A stretch of DNA of 64,000 nucleotides from Eubacteriales bacterium. GTDB taxonomy: Bacteria > Bacillota > Clostridia > Oscillospirales > CAG-272. Below, piece after piece: positions 1 to 8,469 of this stretch. The notes under the pieces were generated by a model that saw only the letters and a list, made by a program, of their open reading frames with translations, searched no databases and had not been told where the DNA came from. The stretch spans positions 108,550 to 172,549 of the forward strand of contig JAZNER010000046.1 in the NCBI GenBank assembly GCA_045588675.1, in the 5' to 3' direction. Both the position numbers and the translations under genes were made by a program. Positions within the stretch are counted from its first letter, which is position 1. Each line of letters opens with the position of its first letter.

Positions 1-566
1 AGGAAATTGATGCTCTATGCTCGGGAAATACCCACGGTGGCATAATTGCTCTTTGTACGAAACGACAGTTCCCTAGCCTGAATGTTAATTTTTTAACAAA
101 CGGGAATTTTTATGCATTGATTGACGGAATTGAGGACCCTTATAACTTTGGATACTCTGTTCGTTCATTATATGCGGCCGGTGTTGACGGGATTGTCCTT
201 CCTCCTCGAAATTGGATGGACTACTCTGGAACTGTTGCTCGTTCATCTGCAGGAACAAGTGAGCTTTGCAATATATGCTTTTCAGAAACACTTGATGCCG
301 TGAAAACCTTTAAGGAGCATGGCTTTCAAATTGTTTGTGCGGGTATTCGTAATTCAATTTCTGTATATGATTATGATTTCACTAAACCGTTTTTATTGGT
401 TGTAGGCGGAGAGAAACGGGGTATTTCAAGTAAGATTTTAGAGCTTGCCGATAGTGTTATCCGCATAGAATACGGGCGCGAATTTATGGGTTCACTTCCC
501 TCTGCTTCGGCTGTTTCTGTGATTGCGTTTGAAGCATCAAGACAAATAAAGCTCAAAACTCTTTAA
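1..566 (+). CDS. TrmH/SpoU-family RNA 2'-O-methyltransferase, 5' end outside window
   Basis: Frame 3 is open from base 3 to the stop at 564-566; the ORF track starts at an internal Met (117). SpoU-type C-terminal motifs are present: IDGIEDPYNFG, LLVVGGEKRGIS, IRIEY..GSLPSASAVSV. Confidence 0.8.
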   Translation, partial: EIDALCSGNTHGGIIALCTKRQFPSLNVNFLTNGNFYALIDGIEDPYNFGYSVRSLYAAGVDGIVLPPRNWMDYSGTVARSSAGTSELCNICFSETLDAVKTFKEHGFQIVCAGIRNSISVYDYDFTKPFLLVVGGEKRGISSKILELADSVIRIEYGREFMGSLPSASAVSVIAFEASRQIKLKTL

Positions 567-654
567 ATTTAACAAAAAAGTCGTTATTTGTTGAATTAAT
601 GTATAATTTATTATTATATAATGTTAATATATCATCATAAAATGGGGTCTTATT

Positions 655-1497
655 ATGCGAAAAAAAATTGCTTTTATTGGTGTTGGTAATATGGCAACTG
701 CCATTATAAATGGTTTAATTTCAAATAAAAATGAAAATTCAATTGATATTTCTGATATCGTTTTGTTTGACAAAAACCCTTCGCAAACCGAAGAATTTCA
801 GAAAATGGGCGCACTTACAGCTTCTTCTGTTGAGGATGCCGCGAGCAAAGCAGACTGTATTATGCTTTGTGTAAAGCCCCAAAATTTTGAAGAGGTTCTT
901 CCCTCTTTGGCAAAGGTGGAAAATGCTTCGGAGAAGCTTTATATAACTATTGCCGCAGGAATTAAAACTGATGCAGTGTCTGATGCTATTGGCAGCGCGG
1001 CTGTGGTCAGAGTTCTTCCCAATACACCTATTTTCATAGGCAAGGGCGTTAGTGCTATCTGCAAAAACGAACAGGTATCCGATAGTGATTTTATGTTTGC
1101 GTGCGGGATTTTTTCATTATCAAGCCGAGTTATTGCAATTGATGAGAGCGAAATGAACAGGATTATCAGCGTTACATCATCATCACCTGCTTATGTTTTT
1201 TTACTCATAAAATCAATGCTTGACGGAGCTATTTCACAAGGCTTGTTAAAGTCTGAGGGCTCTCTGGGCGGTCTTGACCAAAATGAATTGATTGACTGTA
1301 TTTGCGACACTATTATCGGTTCTGCCGAGCTTATGAAATCAAGCATAAAGACGCCTGATGAGCAGATTAAAACCGTTGCTTCCAAGGGCGGAACGACCGA
1401 AAGAGCGCTTTCTGTTCTTGCTGATTATGAATTTTCGAAGGCCGTTGTATTGGCTATGGAAAAATGCACTGAGCGTGCAGATGAGCTTGGTAAATAA
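655..1497 (+). CDS. proC: pyrroline-5-carboxylate reductase
   Basis: 280 aa. N-terminal Rossmann motif IAFIGVGNMATAI and C-terminal P5CR signature ASKGGTTERAL. Confidence 0.9.
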   Translation: MRKKIAFIGVGNMATAIINGLISNKNENSIDISDIVLFDKNPSQTEEFQKMGALTASSVEDAASKADCIMLCVKPQNFEEVLPSLAKVENASEKLYITIAAGIKTDAVSDAIGSAAVVRVLPNTPIFIGKGVSAICKNEQVSDSDFMFACGIFSLSSRVIAIDESEMNRIISVTSSSPAYVFLLIKSMLDGAISQGLLKSEGSLGGLDQNELIDCICDTIIGSAELMKSSIKTPDEQIKTVASKGGTTERALSVLADYEFSKAVVLAMEKCTERADELGK

Positions 1498-1552
1498 TGT
1501 GATTTTGGATTGATATAAATGTGTAATTACATAGATAAAGAGGAATTATAAA

Positions 1553-2488
1553 TTGGAAAACAAATCAAAATTTAAGCTTTTTAATCTTAATAAAGACGGC
1601 GCGGGAGTCGAGCCGGGTGAGGATACTACACCGAATTTGAAATTCTTTTTCAAGCAGCTCGGGCGTAAGTTTTCTAAAATATTATCGCTCAATATTTTAA
1701 CTGTGTTTCAGATTTTACCGTTGGTAATTTGCCTGTATTTGTATTTTATGGCGTCGCCGACGACTCCCACTCTTATTCACCCCGAATATTCAGCTTTGTT
1801 TGGGATTGCAGAGGCGTCATCAACTGCGCCAAGCTTGCTTAATTTGAGTGTGTTCTCATTTCAGTTAGGCTTGCCTACATACAATACATATGTTTATTGG
1901 GTAATTGCCGTGTTGCTATTTTTCTTTGTTGTGACATATGGTTGGCAGAAGGTAGGAACTATCTATGTAACACGCGGACTTGTGCGCGGGGATAGCGTGT
2001 TTGTTTATTCTGATTTCTTTTATGCAATCAAGAAGAATTTTAAGCAGGGCTTCTTCCTTGGTCTTATAGATTGCCTTATTATGTTTGTGCTGGCATTTGA
2101 TTTTTATTATTTCTATACGACCGAACCGACACCGCTTACTAATTTTATGTATTTACTGATTTTCGCGTTAATTATTCTCTACATAATATTCCGTTTTTAT
2201 TTGTATTTAATGATTGTAACCTTTAATATCAAAATCAGTAAGGCATTTAAAAATGCATTTATTTTCACGGTTTTGGGAATTAAGCGAAATCTTATGGCGT
2301 TGCTTGGCCTTTTGCTTGTTACCGCATTTGCAATAATTCTGATTGTCTTATTCTTACCTATGGGACTTGGAGTTACTCTTGTGCTTCCCTTTATTTATTA
2401 CATTGGTGTGTGCGCATTTATATATACTTACGCCGCATATCCTGTTATCAAGAAATATATGATTGACCCAGTTGAGGAAAATCAATAG
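1553..2488 (+). CDS. polytopic membrane protein, DUF624/YesL-like (tentative)
   Basis: 311 aa. TTG start 8 nt after an aagagga RBS; no in-frame ATG near the 5' end. Multiple hydrophobic helices. Family call is from memory only. Confidence 0.6.
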   Translation: MENKSKFKLFNLNKDGAGVEPGEDTTPNLKFFFKQLGRKFSKILSLNILTVFQILPLVICLYLYFMASPTTPTLIHPEYSALFGIAEASSTAPSLLNLSVFSFQLGLPTYNTYVYWVIAVLLFFFVVTYGWQKVGTIYVTRGLVRGDSVFVYSDFFYAIKKNFKQGFFLGLIDCLIMFVLAFDFYYFYTTEPTPLTNFMYLLIFALIILYIIFRFYLYLMIVTFNIKISKAFKNAFIFTVLGIKRNLMALLGLLLVTAFAIILIVLFLPMGLGVTLVLPFIYYIGVCAFIYTYAAYPVIKKYMIDPVEENQ

Positions 2489-2491
2489 TTT

Positions 2492-2523
2492 AAAATCCCC
2501 AAGGCTGTGCCTTGGGGATTTTT
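2492..2523. terminator. bidirectional intrinsic terminator
   Basis: Stem atccccaagg / ccttggggat with A-run and T-run flanks, between convergent genes. Confidence 0.8.
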
Positions 2524-2539
2524 GATACTTAATAATGCT

Positions 2540-3253
2540 TTATTCCAACCCTATTAGCTCGCTTACGACAACAAATTTATAACCCATATCGAGAAGCTTT
2601 GGAATGAAAAGCTTTAACGCTTCAGGTGTTGGACTGTTGTGTCCAATATAATCGTGCATTAGAATTATATCTCCGGACCTTACTGATGATACAACATAAT
2701 TTGAAATGTCGGTAGGTGATGTGTGCGCCCAATCCCGAGTGTCTATATCCCACAAAATTACCTTATAGTCAAGACTTCTGAGCACGCTTCTGACATCTGC
2801 ATCAATCAGTCCCTCGGGCGGACGGAATAGCTTTGTTTTATAGTCGGTAAGCTCGTAAATTGCAGATTCGCATTTTTCAACCTCATTGTGTAGGGTGTAT
2901 GAATTCAGGCAGGACACATGCGGATGAGTATAGGTGTGATTGCCGATTTCATGACCGTTTTTAATTACTGCTTCCATTGTGTCAGGATAGTTTTTTGCAT
3001 TAATCCCGACCACAAAAAAGGTTGCCTTAACATTATATTCAGCTAAAATTTCTAAAATTTGAGGGGTGTATCTCGGGTGAGGTCCATCGTCAAAGGTCAG
3101 GGCGATTTTCATATAATTGTTTTCTTTTTTATGGTAAATGTCAACATCCTTGGTGAAATCTGCTGACATAATATTAAATGAAAACATAATAATCAAATTA
3201 GATAATATCGAATAAACAAGTAAAGATGAAATAATGCGTTTGATTGTCTTCAT
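2540..3253 (-). CDS. polysaccharide deacetylase (NodB homology domain), membrane anchored
   Basis: Motifs FDDGPHPRYTP, ATFFVVG, GNHTYTHP. I prefer the ATG at 3253 (RBS gaaagga upstream) over the GTG at 3271 in the ORF track. N-terminal TM helix. Confidence 0.8.
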   Translation of the reverse strand: MKTIKRIISSLLVYSILSNLIIMFSFNIMSADFTKDVDIYHKKENNYMKIALTFDDGPHPRYTPQILEILAEYNVKATFFVVGINAKNYPDTMEAVIKNGHEIGNHTYTHPHVSCLNSYTLHNEVEKCESAIYELTDYKTKLFRPPEGLIDADVRSVLRSLDYKVILWDIDTRDWAHTSPTDISNYVVSSVRSGDIILMHDYIGHNSPTPEALKLFIPKLLDMGYKFVVVSELIGLE

Positions 3254-3299
3254 TTCTATCCTTTCACGCACAAGGCTTTTTATACCTGTCTAATGTTTT

Positions 3300-4091
3300 T
3301 TAACCTTTGCAGAGCTCATCAAGGCTTCCAAAACGGTATCCCTGATTTTTCAATTCAACAATTATATCCTTTAAAATTGCCGCGTTAGTTGCAGATGTCG
3401 GGTGCAGAAGCATTACCTCACCATTGTGAATATTGTCAAGGATTTTCTTTTTTGCATTATCAAGCGACATTTGCCTGTTGTTGTCCCAATCAGCGTACGC
3501 AAAGCTCCAAAATACAGTTTTATAACCTAATTCATTTATATACTGCATTGATTGCTCGTCAAATTTGCCTTCCGGAGGCCTGTAATATTTGGATAAGCTC
3601 TTCCCTGTTTTTTCTATGCAGGTGTTTTCAAGCCGTGCAAGCTCGGAAGAAATTTCATCCTTTGTTTTGCCGATCATTGATTTGTGTGAATAGGTGTGAT
3701 TGCATACCAGATGCCCCTCGTTGAACATTCGTTCAATCAAATCGGTGTTTTTTTCAATCAGATTTCCAAGAACAAAGAATGCACCTACAACCCCCTCGCT
3801 TTTTAACACATCTAATGTTTTTTCAACATTGCCGTTTTCGTAGCCCGCATCAAAGGTTAAGTATATAACCTTTTCCTGAGAATCGTTGCCGTGTTTTTTA
3901 TCTATATAGTATCCATTATAATTTTCAATGAATGAAATTGAAGCATCGGCACGAGGCTGTAAATGGTCCTTTCTATGAACACAATACCAGTTATAATACT
4001 TCGTATCTGCAAAGATGTTCAGGCAGTTAGCCGATAGAATTAAAACTACAAGCGAAACTAATAAAAACCTTATAATGACTGATTTTTTCAT
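3300..4091 (-). CDS. pdaA: delta-lactam-biosynthetic de-N-acetylase-like polysaccharide deacetylase (sporulation PdaA-like)
   Basis: 263 aa with signal peptide. YLTFDAGYENG, GAFFVLGN, CNHTYSH and RPPEG are colinear with Bacillus PdaA as I recall it. RBS aaagga. Confidence 0.75.
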   Translation of the reverse strand: MKKSVIIRFLLVSLVVLILSANCLNIFADTKYYNWYCVHRKDHLQPRADASISFIENYNGYYIDKKHGNDSQEKVIYLTFDAGYENGNVEKTLDVLKSEGVVGAFFVLGNLIEKNTDLIERMFNEGHLVCNHTYSHKSMIGKTKDEISSELARLENTCIEKTGKSLSKYYRPPEGKFDEQSMQYINELGYKTVFWSFAYADWDNNRQMSLDNAKKKILDNIHNGEVMLLHPTSATNAAILKDIIVELKNQGYRFGSLDELCKG

Positions 4092-4341
4092 AATTATCCT
4101 TTCTGTGTCTTTTGGAAAATTTTGAAGGACTTAAATTAAGCTCCTCTTAAAATTATTGTTCTCTTTTTGATTGTGTTTAAAAAAGTAAAAATATAGGTCA
4201 TTTAGTAGTTTTTTGTATGTCACAAAAAGTTTTCATTTTGTTTCTTAATTTTAGGAATATATTAATAATTTCCATATTGACTTTTAACAAATAATAGTAT
4301 AAAATGTTATTATGGAAACACTGTTTAAAGGGGGACATTTT

Positions 4342-4605
4342 ATGAGTTTTATGGTCAAACTTATAATAGGTTTTTTCATAGGGCTTCTTTGCGGATTGAT
4401 TCCTTTGATTTACGGATTGTTAACAAACCATAGGCTATCGGCAATTATTGGACTCGTTGCTTCCTCACTAACAGGTGTTTTATTTGCATTTTTAAATAAA
4501 CAACCCTTTACCGCTATGGTTGTCGCGGTTTTGTTTGTTCTTTTCAATATTGCAAATAGTAAAAGACACAGTAAAAGTAAAAATTCAGATAATGATTATG
4601 AGTAG
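4342..4605 (+). CDS. small membrane protein (3 TM), unknown function
   Basis: ATG at 4342 is preceded by a strong RBS (aaaggggga); the ORF track start at 4312 lacks one. Hydrophobic with a basic C-terminal tail. Confidence 0.6.
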   Translation: MSFMVKLIIGFFIGLLCGLIPLIYGLLTNHRLSAIIGLVASSLTGVLFAFLNKQPFTAMVVAVLFVLFNIANSKRHSKSKNSDNDYE

Positions 4606-4640
4606 CATATCCTGATGTTGATGCAGGATATGCTATTTTT
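4604..4640 (+). terminator. intrinsic terminator
   Basis: Stem agcatatcctg / caggatatgct followed by a T-run. Confidence 0.8.
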
Positions 4641-4771
4641 ATGTTTTTTTATAAAAGAAATTTGAAAAAGCTATGTACAAAAGTTAACTTATATGATATA
4701 ATTATATATAATATTATATTTATTAATAATATCTATGATTTAAATTATAAAATGCCTCGAAAGGATTTTTT

Positions 4772-5671
4772 ATGGAATACAAAAAAAACTACGGAGAAAA
4801 AAATAACAGCTCCAATAAAAAATACAGCTCTCGCAACAGTGGCAAGAGTAATGATTACAAAAAAAGAGAAAAAACAGAATATAACAAGAATTTTACACCT
4901 AAATATTCTCGCGTTGAAGAAAAGAATGAGGCGCAGGAAAATACAGGTCTTGTAATTGGAAGAAATGCAGTCAGAGAACTTTTAAAATCCGACAGAGAGA
5001 TTGACAAGCTTCTCGTTCAGAGAGGCGAGCGCGAGGGCTCTATCGTGGTTTTGGTTGCTATGGCAGTTGAGCGCGGTATTCCTGTTGTTGAAATTGATAA
5101 GCAAAAGCTCGACTCAATGTCAGGCTTTGCTCCGCACCAGGGTGTAATTGCTATGGCATCTGAAAAGGAGTATTGCACTGTTGAGGATATTCTCCAAATT
5201 GCAAAGGACAGAGGCGAAGCGCCTTTAATAGTTATTGCTGACGGAATTACCGACCCATATAATCTTGGGGCTCTTATTCGTTGTGCTGAGGGAGCAGGAG
5301 CGCACGGAATAATCATTCCAAAGCGCCGTTCCACAGGATTGACACCGTTGGTTTCAAAGTCGTCTGCGGGCGCTATCGAGCATATGGCAATTGCAAAGGT
5401 ATCAAATATTGCAAATACAATTATTGAGCTTAAGGAAAAGGGCGTATGGACATTCGCTGCTGAGGCGGGTGGAAAGCCTTACTATGAAACCGATTTTAAA
5501 GGTCCCTGCGCACTGGTATTTGGCAGTGAGGGTAACGGAGTTTCGCAAATTGTTGTTTCAAAATGTGATGCTATAACCTCAATACCAATGTATGGAAAGG
5601 TAAACTCGTTTAACGTTTCAACGGCGGCTGCTGTAATTCTTTGCGAGGCCGCAAAGCAAAATAGAACTTAA
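4772..5671 (+). CDS. rlmB: 23S rRNA (guanosine-2'-O)-methyltransferase RlmB with Lys/Asn-rich N-terminal extension
   Basis: 299 aa. SpoU_sub_bind plus SpoU methylase motifs (HQGVIA, ADGITDPYNLGALIR, LVFGSEGNGVS, IPMYGKVNSFNVS). RBS aaagga. Confidence 0.85.
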   Translation: MEYKKNYGEKNNSSNKKYSSRNSGKSNDYKKREKTEYNKNFTPKYSRVEEKNEAQENTGLVIGRNAVRELLKSDREIDKLLVQRGEREGSIVVLVAMAVERGIPVVEIDKQKLDSMSGFAPHQGVIAMASEKEYCTVEDILQIAKDRGEAPLIVIADGITDPYNLGALIRCAEGAGAHGIIIPKRRSTGLTPLVSKSSAGAIEHMAIAKVSNIANTIIELKEKGVWTFAAEAGGKPYYETDFKGPCALVFGSEGNGVSQIVVSKCDAITSIPMYGKVNSFNVSTAAAVILCEAAKQNRT

Positions 5672-5707
5672 TTTTAAGTATCTTTAAATAAAAAAAGGAG
5701 GTTTCAG

Positions 5708-8431
5708 ATGGCAAAGCAGAGCAAGCAAGAAGAAAGCAAAGAACTGAAGTCTATTCTTGCTAAATTGAAAAAATCATATGATGAAGAGTCAAAAGTTGAT
5801 CTTGACAGTGCACAATCTGACTCCAAAATCGAAGAGGATAAAGAACTAAACGATATTTTAGGAAAATTGTTTAGCTCAAGCCAGAATATTGAGGGCGAGG
5901 CTGCTGATAATGAAGTAGTCGTTGAAGAAGCAGTTGAACAAGTTGATATATCTGATGAAGAGGCTTCAAAGGAAAATGAAGCGAAGGAGCTCCTTGCAAG
6001 CTTGTTTGAGGAAAATCCGGAGCAACAGGTTGAAAATGTTTTACAAGCTATGTTTCCTGCAACAAGTGTATCCGAGAACGTTGAGGATGAAGAAGACTTA
6101 AATGTTGACGAGGATATTGCATTAGATTATAACGACGAAATGCCGGAAGAAGCAACTGAAGAAACAGTTGAAGAAACAATTGAGGCAACAATTGAAGAAA
6201 CAATTGAAGAAACAATTGAAGAAACAATTGAAGAAGAAATTGAAGAAGAAATTGAAGAAGAAATTGAAGAAGAAATTGAAGAAACGATTGAAGAAACAGA
6301 TGATGAAGACTTTGCCGTAGAGGACGAGGAGTATGATACTTCCCTTCCGCAAGAGGCTATTCAAGGCAAAATTTTAAGTGCTGAGCATTATATAGATGAC
6401 CCGCTACAAGAAAGATTGCCCGAATTTGATGTGATTGAAGGAGCTTTTGAAGATAATTCACAAAAGGTTATTGCCAATAATTCCGCAAAACACAGCGAAA
6501 CAAAAGAGCACAAAGCATCAAGTCTTGACAACTCTGATATATCGTTATTATTGAAATTTGGATATGACAATGAGGTTAAATCCAAGATTGGCGAGGATGA
6601 GACACATAAGGCTATCCTTGAAGCAGACAAAGAGTTTATCCCCGAACCGCATAAAATTCTTTACGGATTTTGTGATAAGGAATTTTCTGACAAGTCGGAA
6701 ATTCGCAAAATTAAAACTAAATACAAGTCTGAAAAAAACGGCTTGATTTTCAATTTAGTCGCTGTTTCGTTTATTGCCGCACTTATTTTTATGCTTGACC
6801 TGTTTTTCGAGTTTTTCTCTGACCGTTCAAGCTATTTGTTGGTGTTGTCCTTCGAATTGGTGCTTGTTGCGGTTATTGCCTTGATACTAAGAAAAAGACT
6901 TATTTCGGGTTTTTGGGGAGTTTTACGATTTGAAGGTAATATATATTCTGTATTAGTATTCTTGTTGTTTTCATATACGCTTTATGATATTGTAACCGCA
7001 ATACTGTATCTTGTAAATATAAATTCAATTAATATTTCCGACTTGATGCTGTTTGGATTTTCTATAGCATTATATGCAGTCTTAACTGTTATTTCAGACC
7101 TTACAAATTGCTTGCGTGAGGCAAATACATTTGCCATTATTTCTGCTCCTCAGGGTATATATACAGCCGAAGAAAACAAGGAAGCGCAAAGCAGTATAGT
7201 GACTGGCTCGAGATTAAATTATTCAATTAAAGGCGAAAAATCCTATGCTATACATAAAGCCTCAATGATTAGCGGATATTTCAAGAAAATGTCGGGCACA
7301 GTAAATGCAGGCGTCAATTTGATTTATATTTATGGCATTGTGCCGATAGCTTCTCTGATTGTAGGTTGTGCTATTGCAATTTTCGGCGAGAGTGTTATGC
7401 GCGGTGTATCATCAATGATGATGACATCACTTATGTGCATACCGCTGTTTTATGTTTGTATTCCTACCTTGACCGAATACGTAGTTTCAACAAATCTGAA
7501 GAAGAAAAAAACAGCATTTATCGGCACAGCCCCGATTGCGGAATACGCCAAATCAGAATTAGTTTATTTTTCTGATGTTGATGCGATAGATATTATTTCA
7601 TGTACTGAAATTCACCCTACAAAGAGTGAGAATAGCAAGAAGATGCTTTCCTTGGCTCATTCGGTTTTTGCCTCATTGGGTGGACCCTTGGGCAACGCAA
7701 CCGCACAGTACAGGGATCTTGATAATTCAGCAGATGAAGAGGCGAATGACATTATTATAAATTCAATATCCGATAACGGAATTGATATTTACTTTAATTC
7801 GTCAATAAATATTCTTATTGGTGACAAGCAATATATGCAGGCGCATAATATTAAAGTGAAAACCGATCCCAATTTAACAACTGCTACAAAGGGTTATGAC
7901 AGAGCGGTTATTTATATGTCTTTTGACGGTGTTCCAAAGCTTGGATTTATTATTACAAGCAGGATAAAGCCGGCGTTTGCAGATATGGTATCAAAGCTTG
8001 ATGCGGAAGGGATTAAGGTAATAGTCAGATCATACGAGCCTCAAATCAACGACCTTTACTTTGAACAAAATAAGCCAGAGCATATGCCGTCGGTCAGCGT
8101 TTATAAATCGGGTGAATATCAATCAACTCGTGTAAGCTCGATTTGTAATGGAGTTGTAGCTTCTGAAACAGATAGTCTGTCAGTTGCCGATTTGATATTT
8201 GTTGGCAGAAAAACTGCTGAAAAAAGAAAACAAAACCAGCGGATTTTATTTGTACTCGTGCTTGCTGGATTTTTCGTGTCAGCATTGCTTGGCGCGCTAT
8301 TGTCAATAACAGATGCCATATTTATTTTAAGTGGATTAAAAACACACATAACCCTGCTCTTCAATTTTTTGATGGTTTTGTCACTTATTCCGGGTGTGGT
8401 CAGTTTATTGAAGCTAAAAAAACAAATTTAA
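5708..8431 (+). CDS. large membrane protein: acidic repeat N-terminus, multi-TM core, HAD/P-type-ATPase-like C-terminal region (degenerate)
   Basis: 907 aa with a strong RBS (aaggagg). About 330 acidic residues including EETI/EEEI repeats, then many hydrophobic helices. GFIITSRIKPAFADMVSKLDAEGIKVIV resembles the P-type ATPase hinge, but no DKTGT or TGD motif is present. Confidence 0.6.
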   Translation: MAKQSKQEESKELKSILAKLKKSYDEESKVDLDSAQSDSKIEEDKELNDILGKLFSSSQNIEGEAADNEVVVEEAVEQVDISDEEASKENEAKELLASLFEENPEQQVENVLQAMFPATSVSENVEDEEDLNVDEDIALDYNDEMPEEATEETVEETIEATIEETIEETIEETIEEEIEEEIEEEIEEEIEETIEETDDEDFAVEDEEYDTSLPQEAIQGKILSAEHYIDDPLQERLPEFDVIEGAFEDNSQKVIANNSAKHSETKEHKASSLDNSDISLLLKFGYDNEVKSKIGEDETHKAILEADKEFIPEPHKILYGFCDKEFSDKSEIRKIKTKYKSEKNGLIFNLVAVSFIAALIFMLDLFFEFFSDRSSYLLVLSFELVLVAVIALILRKRLISGFWGVLRFEGNIYSVLVFLLFSYTLYDIVTAILYLVNINSINISDLMLFGFSIALYAVLTVISDLTNCLREANTFAIISAPQGIYTAEENKEAQSSIVTGSRLNYSIKGEKSYAIHKASMISGYFKKMSGTVNAGVNLIYIYGIVPIASLIVGCAIAIFGESVMRGVSSMMMTSLMCIPLFYVCIPTLTEYVVSTNLKKKKTAFIGTAPIAEYAKSELVYFSDVDAIDIISCTEIHPTKSENSKKMLSLAHSVFASLGGPLGNATAQYRDLDNSADEEANDIIINSISDNGIDIYFNSSINILIGDKQYMQAHNIKVKTDPNLTTATKGYDRAVIYMSFDGVPKLGFIITSRIKPAFADMVSKLDAEGIKVIVRSYEPQINDLYFEQNKPEHMPSVSVYKSGEYQSTRVSSICNGVVASETDSLSVADLIFVGRKTAEKRKQNQRILFVLVLAGFFVSALLGALLSITDAIFILSGLKTHITLLFNFLMVLSLIPGVVSLLKLKKQI
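6146..6297 (+). repeat. in-frame 12-bp tandem repeat (gaagaaacaatt / gaagaagaaatt), about 12-13 copies
   Basis: Direct reading: the repeat encodes EETV-EETI-EATI-(EETI)x4-(EEEI)x4-EETI-EET inside the 907-aa ORF. Confidence 0.95.
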
Positions 8432-8469
8432 GACAAATGAGCTTTTCATAAGCTTGTTCGGTGATATTT

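Noticed and set aside
4641-4955. 104-aa ORF overlapping the rlmB start
   Set aside because: It lies in low-complexity AT-rich sequence, out of frame with the well-supported rlmB ORF, and has no RBS.
6146-6297. Tandem repeats (and the 9-mer arrays at 33.9, 37.1 and 39.0 kb) as CRISPR arrays
   Set aside because: The repeats are only 9-12 nt. The 12-mers are contiguous and in-frame coding. The 9-mer arrays switch orientation mid-array. No cas genes are present.
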